DNA of 64,000 bases from Octopus vulgaris (GCA_951406725.2 OX597832.1:23746001-23810000); one strand, 5' to 3'; positions 1 to 15,154 are shown, numbered from the stretch's first letter. Notes: generated by a model from the letters alone, not told the origin. Made by a program: numbers and translations.

Positions 1-343
1 CGTGTGAATATGTATATGCGCGTGTCTGTGAATACGTGTATGTGTCTGTGTGTAGACACAGCTGTAAGTGTGTGTGTGTGTGTGTGTGTGTGTTTGTCTG
101 TTTGGGTATGAATATGAAAACCGTGGTAATGAGTAACTAAAAATTTCGAGTTTGTTGCTTCTACTTAGTAAGCACCTACGCACTTATACATATAAATACG
201 TACGCGCGTGTGTCAGTGTGTCCGAGTGTGCGTGAGTGTGTATGTGTGCGCATGTGTATGCGCGTGGGTGTGCTTCCGCGTAGATGCGTATACACACACA
301 CACGTATATATATATCTATATAATATTTCATATATCAATAATA

Positions 344-686
344 ATAAAGGGTAAAATTAATTAATCAGTTAGTAATTAATCATTTTACCAAGTAGTTCGG
401 TATGTTAAAGGAACCATTATCGGTAACCTTATACAAAAATTCTATAATTATAAGCATAATTATAATTAGGGTTTAGCAAAAATCGCTTCACCACATACAG
501 AAATTTAGAAATAGCAGCTAAATACTATTCCACTACCATAAGATATCTCCCAGACAGAGAGATATCTGGGAGATATCTTATAGTAGTGGAATAGTATTTA
601 ACTGCTATTTCTAAATTTCGGTATGTGGTGAAACAATTTGCTGAACTCTAATTATAATTATGCTTATAATTATAAAATTTTTGTAT
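344..686. repeat. (TA)n-adjacent foldback element with ~124-bp inverted arms
   Basis: Arms 431-554 and 565-686 are near-perfect reverse complements (atacaaaaattctataattataagc...agatatctcccaga / tctgggagatatct...aaaatttttgtat). Related copies at ~44195-44412 (inverted) and ~8192-8258 (partial). Confidence 0.8.
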
Positions 687-799
687 TATTTCATATAAAT
701 ATATTTGTGTGTATGTGGATGTAATGTGTGTGTGAGTGATAGGATAGATATACCTCCAGACAAACACACACACACACACACACACGCACATGAGCATAT

Positions 800-1023
800 G
801 AGCTGGTAGAAACGTTAGCATGCCGGGCGAAATGCGTAACCGTATTTCATCTGCCGTTACGTTCCGAGTTCAAATTCCGCCGAGGTCGACTTTGCCTTTC
901 ACCCTTTCGGGGTCGATTAATTAAGTACCAGTTTCGCACTGGGGTCGATATAATCGACTCAATCCCTTTGTCTGTCCTTGTTTGTCTCCTCTGTGTTTTT
1001 CCCCTTGTGGGTAGTAAAGAAAT
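800..1023 (+). mobile_element. SINE family A (tRNA-like head; central domain gccgaggtcgactttgcctttcatcctttcggggtcgat)
   Basis: Head gagctgg.agaa.cgttagc, B-box-like gagttcaaattcc, tail gccccttgtgggtagtaaagaaata. More than 15 copies in the window. Confidence 0.85.
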
Positions 1024-1474
1024 ATATGTAAATATAGATTTATTTATGTGATCACACACACAGCAAGCTGCTACATAGAATTGAACCCTGACCTTCTTAG
1101 TTGCGGATGATCGTTCTGTACCATTAAGCTAAACTATTTATTTTGTTTTCTATAAAATACCAACTCACTCGGCACTTCTGTGTTTATTTATAAAAACTGT
1201 TCTCTCGTTCCAAAAGCTATTATTTGGTGTTATAAAAGACGGCAGTAGTTCTCAGATGTCGCTTAGCTTAATATACTGAGCCGTCAGCCGAAATTGTAAG
1301 GTAGAGGGTTCGCTTCACTGTTGTGGCTCGCTGACCGTCAGACTAATACCCCTTCTACGGGTATTTACCTGATCTTCTAGGCTGTTTTCACAGTCCTCCT
1401 TATTCGAGATTTCCTTTATATAAAATGACAACTTATTCAGTGCTTCTAATTGTGTTCATGTATATATATATAAA

Positions 1475-1685
1475 GTTAATCCAAACATGAAAACACCAAG
1501 AGAAAAGACAACAACGCGAGGACGTGGAACAAGTATAGTGTTATTGGACGCTCAGGAAAGGAAGAAAAGAAGGAGGGTTTAACGTGTTGAGCGGAGCTCT
1601 TCGTCAGAAACATAGGAAAAGGAAAGATCCAGAGAAGGGAAGACGGAGGGAAAAAATTCGCCAACGGTGCACACGCGGTCACATA
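1475..1685 (-). mobile_element. Penelope-like pLTR-type fragment flanked by (TA)n, with decayed hammerhead at 1577-1611
   Basis: Minus strand gttt-CTGACGA-agagctccgctc-AACA(for GAAA)-cg-TT-aaac. Second copy at 8335-8537. Confidence 0.65.
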
Positions 1686-1705
1686 TATATGTATATGTGT
1701 GTGTG

Positions 1706-1776
<71 letters not shown>

Positions 1777-1959
1777 TTTATTTAAAGCAGCAGAAAATTC
1801 AACAAAACCTGTTACTCCTGGTTATTACCTAGGTAGGTACAGTCTTTTGTAAGATTGTAAGGTAGCAGGTGGTTCGGTTGGGAAAACGGAGCTTAGGCTA
1901 TATAGGAGAAGAAATCCCATTGTTATTATATCCATTTTCTATATGTATATGTATATATG

Positions 1960-2107
<148 letters not shown>

Positions 2108-2286
2108 GTAACAACAAAAGAATATCTAAAAAAACATACGAAAATTATGTTTGTTTTGAAACTAGAGATTACATAGAAAGTATATTGCGTAGGATATGGA
2201 CAGTTCCCAAGCGCACTGTCTTTTGAATTTCTGCCATTTTGGGGTTTCCTGGTATCTGAGTTAGCTAGCAATCAGCCCCTTTGCTG

Positions 2287-2290
<4 letters not shown>
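2108..2290 (-). mobile_element. R4/Dong-like non-LTR retrotransposon 3' end
   Basis: Minus-strand translation ISKGADC*LTQIPGNPKMAEIQKTVRLGTVHILRNILSM*, homologous to the C-terminus of the 28851-29444 ORF. Bounded by (TAA)n arrays on both sides. Confidence 0.75.
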
Positions 2291-2348
<58 letters not shown>

Positions 2349-2360
2349 CATTATTATTAT

Positions 2361-3432
2361 TGAGTTCTTTCAATTCTGTTTCCATTTCTTGCCGAGTGTC
2401 TTCCCGACACCTAAGGCAAAGAAACTTACTATAAACTGTGATAGGCCATTAAAAGAAAACAGCAGATTGTTCATTTACAGAATCAAATAAAGTTATGTAA
2501 AAAATATATATATTTACATGGATGATAATCGTTCTCATATTGACAATGTTATTCTCAATATGTGTGACGTAACAGTTAAAACAATCTTTTGCGCTTCTTA
2601 CAGGAATGATTAGCTAGAGATCATTCTCAAATAATTTTCAGTTTCTTTTTAGATCATTCCTAGGGCTCCGAGCTGGCAGAAGCGTTAGCACGCCGGGCGA
2701 AATGCGTTGCCGTATTTCGTCTGCCGTTACGTTCTGAGTTCAAATTCCGCCGAGGTCGACTTTGCCTTTCATCCTTTCAGGGTCGATTACGCACTGGGGT
2801 CGATATAATCGACTTAATCCGTTTGGCTGTCCTTGTTTGTCCTCTCTGTGTTTAGCCCCTTGTGGGTAGTAAAGAAATAGGTATCGTAACCGCCTTCAGA
2901 TGCCACATTTTTTCGAATTCAATGAGTAAATGTTTATACTTGCAGAGCTTGGCAAAATTTTTGTCGAAATATTATGGTCAAAACGGATATTCATCTTGAT
3001 CAATAAACAGACTTGGTCTTCTACAACAATAACTGTTTATTAACCTTGATGGTTCTGTCTGTGTGTTCTTGAAAGCCACAAAGAATCATTATATTTTCTC
3101 TCTGAGTTACAGCCTCAGGGTGACGCTTATAATACTTGCCAACAGTTTTGGATTTATAGTGCCGACGTATTAAACAGCGTAGATACTGGCCAACTCTGTC
3201 ATGGCTTTATTTATATTCTACTGGTGCTAAAACTTTACGTCCAGTGATTAATTGTTCAGCTGTTTTGATCTCATCATTGCAGAATCAGCACTGTGGATCT
3301 ATTCCATTTTTCATCACATCGGCTCCGAGTGAAAAAGCTTTGATCTTCAGCAACTAAGATGAAGCCTTCACTGTCTGGCTTTCAGCCTGGACTTCGAAGC
3401 CACTGATGGATGTGCTCTTGGTCAACATCAGC
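2361..3432 (-). pseudogene. Degraded R4/Dong-like element (CCHC region + REL endonuclease + 3'UTR), interrupted by a SINE A
   Basis: Minus strand: HQWLRSPG*KPDSEGFILVAEDQ...HDRVGQYL...HTDRTI...KYKHLLIEFEKMWHLKAVTIP / LGMI...AQKIVLTVTSHILRITLSI*, with stops and frameshifts. (TAA)n tail at 2288-2360. Confidence 0.8.
2670..2883 (+). mobile_element. SINE A inserted into the Dong-like element
   Basis: Full head-to-tail match to family A; splits the Dong reading frame. Confidence 0.85.
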
Positions 3433-3433
3433 T

Positions 3434-4189
3434 TTATGTTCTGAGTTCAAATTCCGCAGAGGTCGATTTTGCCTTTCATCCTTTCGGAGTCGATGAAATA
3501 AATACCAGTAAAACACTGGGGTCGATGTAATCGACTGGTCCCCTCCCCCAGAATTTCGGGCCTTGTGCCTATAGCAGAAAGGATTATTATTAATGCGGGG
3601 AGGTGGCAGAATCGGTTGCACGCAGGGCGAAATGCTTAACGGTATTTCGTCCGTCTTTACGTTCTGAGTTCAAATTCTGCCGAGGTCGACTTTGCCTTTC
3701 ATCCTTTCGGGGTCGATAAATTAAGTACCAGTTACGCACTGGGGTCGATGTAATTCGACTTAATACCTATGTCTGTCCTTGTTTGTCCCCTCTGTGTTTA
3801 GCCCCTTGTGGGTAATAAAAAAACAGGTATTCCGTCCGTCTTTATGTTCCGAGTTCAAATTTCGCCGAGGTCGACTTTACCTTTCATCCTTTCGGATAAT
3901 AGGTACCTATTTCTATACTTAGCCCCTTGTGCAGGTAATAAAAAAAACAGGTATTCCGTCCGTCTTTATGTTCCGAGTTCAAATTTCGCCGAGGTCGACT
4001 TTACCTTTCACCTTTCGGATAATAGGTACCTACGGATAATAGGTACCTATTTCTATACTACCCACAAGGGACTAAACACAGAGGGGACAAACAAGGACAG
4101 ACAAATGGATTAAATCGATTATATCGACCCCAGTGCGTAACTGGTACTTATTTAATCGACCCCGAAAGGATGAAAGGCAAAATCGACCT
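3434..4189. mobile_element. Cluster of rearranged SINE A copies (+ copies, then a - copy running into the gap)
   Basis: Repeated A bodies joined at palindromic ataggtacctat junctions (~3899-3910, ~4037-4050). Confidence 0.7.
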
Positions 4190-4289
4190 NNNNNNNNNNN
4201 NNNNNNNNNNNNNNNNNNNNNNNNNNNNNNNNNNNNNNNNNNNNNNNNNNNNNNNNNNNNNNNNNNNNNNNNNNNNNNNNNNNNNNNNN
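4190..4289. other. Assembly gap (100 N)
   Basis: Run of n. Confidence 1.
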
Positions 4290-4621
4290 AACGCAAAACA
4301 TTTAGAAGACGATACAAAAAACACGGACGGGACATTCGAAGGCTTCAATCTTCAGTCAAGAACCGGATCATCCTCGTAATTTCGGGTGATTAATCTTGAG
4401 ATTGCTCCGATCTGGCCAGCTCCAAAGGAAAATCTAAGCCAAGCGTATTAGGTTGCTTGGAAGAAAGCCTCGAATGTATACAAAACAAGGACGGAAAAAC
4501 GGACGATGTTACACGAATAAGAATACAATATATATATATAGTAATGCTAGTGCTATTTTGTACCCCTGTCTATAAATTTGCATTTAGGTTTTAATTGCTA
4601 ATGGGCCACCTACGTTATAGA

Positions 4622-4754
<133 letters not shown>

Positions 4755-4772
4755 GGATAGATATATAGATAT

Positions 4773-4825
<53 letters not shown>

Positions 4826-4973
4826 TAGACTGAGAGAGAGAGAGAGATTATTGCCTGAACATTTATTATCTTCAAACATTCACAGAATAAAGCTTTGTGT
4901 ATGAGTTATTACGATGATCATTCCAAAGAGATATTTGAAACAAATTCTCTCTTCTCTCTTCTCTCTATTATCA

Positions 4974-5024
<51 letters not shown>

Positions 5025-5194
5025 TATATGTGTTTGATTTAGAAAGAAAGAGAGGGAAAGAAACATACACACACACACATATAAATATATATATATATAG
5101 ATATAGTGATAGAGACATATATACACACATATATGTATGCATATATATATATACACATATATATGTATATAGATATATATACATATATATATAC

Positions 5195-5252
<58 letters not shown>

Positions 5253-5384
5253 CATATGTACATGTAAATATATGCAGACAAATACGTATATATAACTGCA
5301 TGCACATAAATATATATACGTATAATACGTATATACTTTATGGATAGATACATATATACTTACATATACACGCATGTGTATATA

Positions 5385-5457
<73 letters not shown>

Positions 5458-5948
5458 GATTTTTGAAGTTATTTCATCTCTTACTATTCGTATGAGAAAA
5501 TAATATTTGGTAAATATTATTATTTCTTGACAGTTCTATCAATATCAATGTTTATTTTTGCTTCATTTGAAGGAAGGCGGGCATTAAGTGTAAAACGAAT
5601 CCCAGGAGTTTCTAACAGCTATTTCAAGCTAATCAATACCATACAGATATGAATACATTCGCCATTGTCTTCTCGTGATTCAATGATGTTTTATTTACTG
5701 ATCACCATACATTTTTTTTTTCCTTTTTCCTTCTTGTTTTTGGTGGGTTTTTTGAAGGGGGTAATTCTAGCTAATCCCATTGGGAGATAATTCTTCTGGA
5801 TTTTGGAATTATACTTTACGTGTTTCTTGCAAACTACATGAAACTAGACATGCTACTCATCTTTTTTACATTTATATATTCCATATGGTTTTTTTCCATT
5901 CTTTGTAAAGAAATACACTGTCATACAATTGTTGTTGTCGTCGTTAAG

Positions 5949-6570
5949 ACGGCGAGCTGGCAGAATCGTTTGCACGCCGGGCGAAATGCTTAGCATTATT
6001 TCGTCTGCCGCTACGTTCTGAGTTCAAATTCCGCCGAGGTCGACTTTGTCTTTCATTCTTTCGGAGTCGATTAAATAAGTACCAGTTACGCACTGAGGTC
6101 GATATAATCGACTAAATCCGTTTGTCTGTCCTTATTTGTCCTCTCTGTGTTTAGCCCTTTGTTGTTAGTAAAGAAATAGGTATTTCGTCTGCCGTTACGT
6201 TCTGAGTTCAAATTCCGCTGAGGTCGACTTTGCCTTTCATCCTTTCGGAGTCGATTAAATAAGTACCAGTTACGCACTGGGATGGATATAATCGACTAAA
6301 TCCGTTTGTCTGTCCTTGTTTGTCCCCTCTAGGTTTAGCCCCTTGTGGGCAATAAAGAAATAGGTATTATAAAGACGGCAAGTTGGCAGAATCGTTAGCA
6401 CCCTGGACAACATTTTTAGCAGTACATCGCCCGACGCTACATTCTGAGTTCAGATTCCAGCGAGGTCGACTTTGCTTTTCATCTTTGCTTTTCATCATAA
6501 ATTAATTACCAGTTGCGTACTCACGTTGATATAATCGACTGGCTCCCTCACCCCAAATTTCAGGCTTTGT
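5949..6570 (+). mobile_element. SINE A with duplicated body, followed by a diverged A copy
   Basis: Head at 5949; bodies at ~5998-6180 and 6181-6363; second head at ~6375. Confidence 0.85.
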
Positions 6571-6575
6571 TTGTC

Positions 6576-6690
6576 CCTCTGATGAAGATCCGTTTGCCTT
6601 AATTCGAACACCCTATGAAAATGAAGAACTTCATTCTCGCATTTATTTATAGACTGCATTTTGGCAATCCGATCAGAAACGGCCGTAAGA
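6576..6690 (+). ncRNA. Type I hammerhead ribozyme motif with long stem II
   Basis: CTGATGA (6579-6585), stem II agatc..ttgcc...ggcaa..gatca, GAAA-cggccg-TA (6676-6687). Stem I is only ~2 bp because the 5' side abuts a SINE. Confidence 0.6.
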
Positions 6691-6840
6691 TATATTACGT
6701 CAACTATTTTGTTATGTCATGCTTTATATTAAGAAATAATCTATAAATAGGCTCCAATCGATGTGTTGATTAATCTGTGGTTTTCTTAATTTTCTAGTTA
6801 TTTGCATTTATATATGCGTGTGTGTCTCTGTGTGTGTATG

Positions 6841-6958
<118 letters not shown>

Positions 6959-6964
6959 ACATAT

Positions 6965-7280
6965 GTGGCCCAGTGGCAATGGCCCAGTAGTTAGAGCAGC
7001 GGACTCGCGGTCGGAGAATCGCGGTTTCGATTTCCAGACCGCGCGTTGTGTGTGTTTATTGAGAGAAAACACCTAAAGCTCCACGAGGCTCCGGCAGGAG
7101 GTGGTGGCGACCCCTGTTGTACTCTTTCGCCCCAACTTTCTCTCACTCTCTCTTCCTGTTTCTTGATTAACGCTGCGATGGACTGGTATCCCGTCCAGCT
7201 GGGGGGAACACATACACCATAGAAACCGGGAAACCGGGCCCATGAACCTGGCTAGGCTTGAAAAGGGCGCATAAAAAAAT
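6965..7280 (+). mobile_element. SINE family D (tRNA-like head) with V-SINE-like tail
   Basis: A-box tggcccagtagttagagc, B-box gtttcgatttcc, body ctaaagctccacgaggctccggcagg, tail cgctgcgatggactgg...gaaaccgggaaaccgggccc. Confidence 0.75.
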
Positions 7281-7285
7281 ATTTG

Positions 7286-7374
<89 letters not shown>

Positions 7375-7394
7375 ATATATATATATATATAAAC

Positions 7395-7446
<52 letters not shown>

Positions 7447-7949
7447 TATCATCGTCATCATCATCATCATCTTAAATAATAGTGACTGGAATGCCTGTGT
7501 ATTATTTCTTTATTGTGGGGTTCTTGAAAAGCAATTAGCATTTTTCGAAATAGACTGAACCGTGTTTCTCCGTTAGAAAGAATTTAAACATTGTATTTAA
7601 ACGGATAAATTTATGCAAATCATACAATGGTTCTCTCTCGAAAAATTGACTACCAAAATAGTGCTTTGTTTGACAGGGAACAACGCTTCATCTGTTGAGT
7701 ATCAATATATCTGTTTCGCTGCTTATAATACACCTTGTTTGTTTTGTCTGTTCCGTTTAAGCTTTTTTTGTTTTTCTTTTCCTTTCTTAGGTTTTGGGGG
7801 GTTTTTTTGTTTTTGTTTTCAATATCGTTAAGAAATAAGGATAAGAAATATTTCGCTGACAGGCGCCAGATCCATAGAAGTAATTTGTGAAACTGATCGA
7901 CACGCTAGAAATAGCGGCTAAACCTCAATCAATTTCGCTCTTTATAGTT

Positions 7950-7987
<38 letters not shown>

Positions 7988-8019
7988 TTGTTTGTATGTG
8001 TGTATGTATGTGTGTGTAC

Positions 8020-8113
<94 letters not shown>

Positions 8114-8155
8114 TGATAGATGTGCACACACACATATATCTATATATATATATGC

Positions 8156-8189
<34 letters not shown>

Positions 8190-8280
8190 ACAATTGAGGG
8201 TAAAATTAGTTCAGTATGTGGCAAAGTAATTTATTTTACTAAGCCCTAATTATATAATATATATATATATATATGTATGC

Positions 8281-8339
<59 letters not shown>

Positions 8340-8427
8340 ATCCAAACATGAAAGCACAAAAAAAAACACCACAACGCGAGGACGTGGAACAAATATAGTA
8401 TTATTGGACGCTCAGGAAAGAAGGAGG

Positions 8428-8462
8428 GTTTAACGTTTCGAGCGGAGCTCTTCGTCGGAAAC
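8428..8462 (-). ncRNA. Minimal hammerhead motif (U4C core variant) in pLTR-type element 8335-8537
   Basis: gttt-CCGACGA-agagc tcc gctc-GAAA-cg-TT-aaac: stem I gttt/aaac, palindromic ACGT stem III. Confidence 0.65.
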
Positions 8463-8849
8463 ATAGGAGAAGGAAAGATCCAGAGAAGGGAAGACAGAGG
8501 GGAAAAAATGGCCAACGGTACACACGTGGTCACATTGTATATATATATACATGCATACATATATATATATACATATAAACATATATGCGCACATAGATAG
8601 ACAGACAGACAGACAGACAGATAGACAGATGTCTTTTCCCTTCTTGCTTCAGTCATGAGGTTGCGGCCGTACTGGGACGCCGCTTTGAGGGGTTTCGTCA
8701 AACGAGTGTATCCTGGTGCTTCCCCTTTTTGTAAATCTGGTAACTTTTCTCTCGGCTTTTTTTTACCAAGCCGCTAAACTACGAGGGCGTCAACAAACCA
8801 ATGTCAGTTGTAATGTGATGAGTGGAGAGACAAACTAAATACAAAGGCA

Positions 8850-8885
<36 letters not shown>

Positions 8886-10224
8886 TATACACACACATAC
8901 ATACATACATATATACATACATACATACATACATACATACATACATACATACATACATACATACATACATACATACACACACAATAGCTCAATATTTTCG
9001 TTGCCCCGTCTTCTAAACGTATTTGATGTATCTACCGCTTTCCCAGTTCTTTAACTTCAGTGGCTGCTTAACTATTTCTCATCCTATTCTGGTAACATTT
9101 GAATTAATTCAGTACTTCCTTTAATTCATTTTATTACTGACAAATCAAGGCATCAGACCTCACTGTACAACAACCACCGAAATTCTGCGGGATTTCAAGA
9201 TAGCCAACAAATCAGAAACCCGTCAGTTTTACATCGACTGCCATTGATAACCTTGTTCCCAAAATCAGAAAGAATTATCATCTTTCGAGATTAGACGGGA
9301 TTAACGTCCGAATAAATGCTCAGTAGAATTTAATCCAACGCTTTACATTCTGAGTTCAAATTCTACCGAGGTCAACTTTGCCTTTCATCCCCTCAAGGCC
9401 TACAAAATAAAGTACGGGTAAAGAACGGGGTCTCAATAGTATCGACTTACTTCAAACCCTTGATTGTGACCTCAGAAATCAGAAATTGCTATTTCTAAAA
9501 CAAGCATCGAGCTGGAAGAATCGCTAAAGCCTAGTAGAAAATACCTCATGGTATTTGTACCAGCTCTTTACATTTTCTGAAATCAAATCCCAAAGTCGTA
9601 ATTTTCGTCGTTGTCGCTTAGTCCCAATCTATCCCGATCGATCAAATCTAAAGTCAAAAGTGTGCGGCAAAAAAGATCCCATCTTCTTCACGGACTAAAA
9701 AAGATTTCAACTAAAAATTCCCAGTGTGCACCATTTTAAACCTAGATAATAACTAAAAAAAGAAAAAAACGGAAAATCATTAGCTATATAAAAAATCATT
9801 TTTATTTATCTAACTTTAATGACGCCATATATAGTACATGTCTATTTTTTAATTATTTTTCTTTTTGAAAAATAATCTGTTTCGTTATTTCTCTTTTTAG
9901 CTAATGTCGTCTTTCGTTGTCCTTATTTTACAAACAAAAGTGTCGATTGGACAGATGATAATTAATTGCCCTAAAGCGCATGCGTTAAGTGAGAGAACGT
10001 TAGAAAATAAAGATATGCAAATAAATTACACTTTCCGCTGTCCAACTATCACCCAGGGCTCAGTCCAAGTCATTGACCAATTGAGATTATTTTCATTCCT
10101 TTTTATTTCACTTCAGTTCAGTGATCTATCTATTTGTATATCTATTGATATATCTCTTTTCATAACGTTTGCTATATCGGTAGGTTCACCTACTTACCTA
10201 CCTACCTACTGTCTGTATAAATAA

Positions 10225-10626
10225 CTAGCAGTATCGCCCGGCGTTGCTCGGGTTTGTAAGGGTAATAACTATATAAGAATTTTTAGAGATGTAAAGTATA
10301 ATAGCCATCTGAATATGGCTAACCACAAAGGGGGGGGGCTGTTACTGGAGCTTTTTACGTTCTGAGATTTAATGATAAATTTTTAGAGAGTTACTTCCCT
10401 TATATATGCCAAAAATGCATTAAAAATGGGAAAAATTGATGGTAAATTTTTTTTTTCTAAATCGTAGACTCATCGTAGATGCGCGCTAATACCCAGAAGG
10501 GCTCGATATGAATCACGACTATAAGATACCCGGTTTTGGTTAAACTGCACCTCAAAATGTGGGAGTAGTTAGGAATCTAAATCGTAGGAGACAGACAGCA
10601 CACAACCTCACTTTTATATATAAAGA
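10225..10626 (-). mobile_element. Non-autonomous Helitron
   Basis: Minus strand starts TCTTTATATATAAAA and ends with hairpin cccgagcaacgccggg + CTAG; inserted between A and T. Second copy at 50334-50715. Confidence 0.8.
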
Positions 10627-11758
10627 TTATCATACCTAATTTGTTTTCTACAGATGTGTGTGTGTCTGTTTACTTCCATAACACCGATGAGCATTCAGAC
10701 CTAATAACAAAATGTGAATAACAGCGTTGCCCCAGCATGGCCACAGCTTTTGGTCGGGAACACGTAAAAGATAGAACTGTATCTTCCACAGCTATTTGTT
10801 AACGAAGCTTATTTCACTTCAACTTAACTACCTATCGATATATCTTTTAAAACATACAGCCATAGATCATTATGTTAAACATTTCGATTCTGCCTGTGAT
10901 TTTAACACACAAAGGTAGAATAGTAGAGACCTTCTTCCACTCTCTCACTCCCTCTAATAATATAGACCTCTCTCTCTCTCTATCTCTCTCTCTCTATCTC
11001 TCTCTCTCTATCTCTCTCTCTCTATCTCTCTCTCTCTCTCTCTATCTCTTTCTGTCACTCTTTCTTTCTCCCTTTCTTTCTCTCTTCCTCTTTCTGTCAT
11101 AGTCCGACCACTCTCTCTCTAATAATATGGACCGCGGTCTTGCTCTAATAAAGTAGATCTCTCTCTCTCTTTTTCTCTCTGATATAGACCTCTCACTCCC
11201 TTTGATAATATAGATCTTTCTCTCTCTCTCTTTCTCTCTCTCTCTTTCTCTCTCTCTCACTCTCTCTCTCTCTCTCTCTAATAATATGTACCTCGCTCTT
11301 GCTCTAATAAAGTAGATCTCTCTCTCTCTCTCTCTCTCCCTCTCTTTCTCCCTCTCTCTATTTCGTGTTTCCCCTTTCTATTTTTCTCACTGATTCTGCT
11401 ATTTGTTTCTTTTTTTTCCGTCTCCCTTTCTCCCACTTCTCTTCCTATATATTTCCCTATCCGAGTTATTACCTCTCTTGGAGCAAGCGTAACAGTCGGA
11501 CGAAACAGACAAGAACGCAAGAACGCGTAGAATAATGCCATAGACAAAAGTTAATGCTTTTGGTATGAGGAGGTTTGTATTTTTTTTTTTTTTGCTTTCT
11601 TTCGTGGGTGGGGGTAATTTTTTTTCTGTTTAGATTTCCGTTGAACAATGATGTATATATTGTTAGAATTGTGAAGAGAAAGGGGAAAAATCAATTTAAC
11701 TTGTTCAAGCTAAATTATAATATATATATATATATATATGAATATACATGCATACATA

Positions 11759-11792
<34 letters not shown>

Positions 11793-11898
11793 TACATTCA
11801 TATATATATGTACATATATATGTATGTAAGTATTTACATATATATATACATGCATACATGCATACATAAATACATACATACATACATACATACATACA

Positions 11899-11931
<33 letters not shown>

Positions 11932-12045
11932 GTGTATGTGTTTGTGTATGTTTGTATTTATATACATACTTTGATTACAAGACAGAAAAAAACACTCGAG
12001 CATTCAAATATTCAATAGATATTAATCTATATGTACGCATGTAGG

Positions 12046-12094
<49 letters not shown>

Positions 12095-12106
12095 GTGTGT
12101 ATATAC

Positions 12107-12183
<77 letters not shown>

Positions 12184-12326
12184 CGTATATATGTCTGTGT
12201 ATGTAGACATACATATATGGTCACATATCTATATATATGCGTATATATATGTACACATAAATGTTTCCCACAATGTATACGTATATTCAAATACGTATAT
12301 ATACGTGTGTGTGTATACATACACAC

Positions 12327-12418
<92 letters not shown>

Positions 12419-13699
12419 GCAATAATGTTTTATTTCAGGGATGGTTTATCACAAGCTAAAACGTTTTGTTTTTTGGTTGTTTTTTTTCCAACCCAAAAAA
12501 ATAGAAAATCAAGGAAATAAAATAACTTCTCATAATGTCTTCTTGTCAATTTAGCCTCAGCCTATTTGCTTTTCGCTTGTTTTATTTTCTATCTTTGTCT
12601 GTGTGCGTGTGTGAGTATATTTTTTTCCGTGTGCGTATATATGTATGTGTGTGCAATTTTCATTCTTTTAGTTTTTGTGATATATATTTTTTTTTTCCTT
12701 TTTCTTAAAATAGAACTCGTAAATAGATAATGTAAAGCATTGTTAAGTCAACTCATAGATGCTGAATTCAAATTGGCCTGGACCTGGTTTTATTGTGTCT
12801 CTTGACAGTACACTTTATTCCACATGCCTCATTTAACCTTAACTATCGGGGAAACTGCTGACCAGATCAGCAGAAGTAAATAAGAAACTTCAAGGGAGAG
12901 CGAGACTCCGGCATTTATCTGTCCAACGGGAATGGTGTCGAGCGAAGAACAACTATATATCTCACACATTTAAATGCTTTTAAACTGGGACGAAACAGCA
13001 ACTCTCCGGTAACGAGGAGCGAAATTTATCATTTTATTTTGTATTTGGCTTGTAAGTGTATGTGTATGAAAGAGAGGGGGGATTTGTGGCACTTCATTTT
13101 TTTCTCATCCACTTAGGTTTTAAAACCAAATTGAACTACAATCATTTTCTCCGAACTTTTATATTATTTTCTTTCTTATATTTAATAAGGAGACACTTTC
13201 CCGAAATATTATAGAAGTATTAGGCAACTTATGTAAGATAATAAAATATCCTCGCTTTGTTTCTATTTGTAGGCATCTCCTTACATATTTCACCTAACTT
13301 ATCTGTTAGCTTAAACAGTTTTGCTGAAATTATCTTTGGCATCATCAATGTCTTGGTTCCATTGAGATATATATATGACAAACTCTAACGCAATGGTTCG
13401 AAATTTACCCTGGAATCATGCTGTTGTGAAACAACTGTTTTAAACACGTGGGCATGTCTACGTTTCACGTGTAAGTATTTGAAGGGAATGGATTACAAAA
13501 TGCTGGCGTGAAACCATTAAATGGATAAATTATTTGAACGTTTAAATATGCGATGTAAGTACGAATGAGTTGCGTGTATTTCGTGGTGTTTCTACATGCG
13601 CTTTATTCCGTTTAATTAAATACATATAGCAGTATGAATTAAGTAATTCCACTTCTAGTAATACGTGATAAGCTATCCAGTTACTGTGATAGATAGATT

Positions 13700-13865
<166 letters not shown>

Positions 13866-14356
13866 TAGACAGAAAGACAGACAGAGAGACAGAAAGACAG
13901 ATACATACATACATACATACATACATACATACATACATACATAAGTGCATATATATTATATCTAGTATATATCTATATGTATATATATATGCATATATCA
14001 TTTAATGTACACAGTATAAAGATACTAACTACTATTAGTATCTCTTATTATAAAAGGCAGATTTTATCTGCCTCCCTTTGTCTCTTATAGAAATCTACAA
14101 CATAGGATTTCTTCAATTACAATTTACCTATAGTAATATATATATATGCATATATATATATATATACATATATATATAATGGTAGGTTGGTTGGTAGGTA
14201 GGTAGGTAAGTAGGTAGGTAGGTAGGTAGGTAGGTAGGTAGGTAGGTAGGTAGGTAGGTAGGTATATAAATGTATAAATGTATATAACCATGTGTATATG
14301 TGACATAAATCTATACATATATTTATGTATGTACACATATACATACATAGAAAGAG

Positions 14357-14531
<175 letters not shown>

Positions 14532-15154
14532 AAGAAACAACTGGTTAAATGCACAATAGAAAATATTTCAACCGTTTCTATTTCAAGTCCTTTTCCGCCA
14601 GCATACAAATTACTTCTCACTTACCTCTCACAACCACCACCACCACCACCACCACCAACTCCAACACCACCACTGCCACAAACTGACATATTATAAAGGA
14701 GCAAACAGCAACCTTTATTGATAAAATTCACTTGACGGTTTTCTTTCAATCAACACATAGTCAATTTTATTACCTTATAAGTAGATTTTGCCTGGAGTTC
14801 ATTCACCTGTAAATAATAGCGTAACAAAACACATCAGCCTCGCTCTGCTTATTGTCCAGATAAGATAGTTATAGATCGAAAGCTCTCATACAAGAATACG
14901 GTCCTTGGGGAAATTTGTCCTAATCGGTGCATGTTTGCAGAGTTGTACCTACGTTTAAATTCAAGGAGATCGAATTAGAAAAGAAAAGAAATGAATATAT
15001 CACACACACATATGTATACAAGCGTATGAGTGGTTTAGTGATTAAGATATTTGCTTTGCAACGACGTGGTACGGGTTCAGTCCTACTTTGCGGCACCTTG
15101 GGCGAGTTTTTTTCTAATATAATTTCGGGTGAACTAACGTCTTGTGAGTAAATT

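Noticed and set aside
384-428. Hammerhead-like segment in the 344-686 family (ttacc-gataa-tggt...acc-gaa-ctactt-ggtaa)
   Set aside because: The core is too short and GAAA is incomplete in both this copy and the 44335-44380 copy.
3895-4060. Palindromic ataggtacctat junctions as a new element end
   Set aside because: Adjacent to an assembly gap and made of SINE A pieces; could be misassembly.
7070-7125. HDV-like ribozyme in the SINE D body (agc-tccacgag-gct resembles P3/L3)
   Set aside because: No P1 or P2 partners found; downstream sequence forms a simple hairpin instead.
13150-13370. Possible Penelope RT remnant on minus strand
   Set aside because: Similarity too weak to call by eye.
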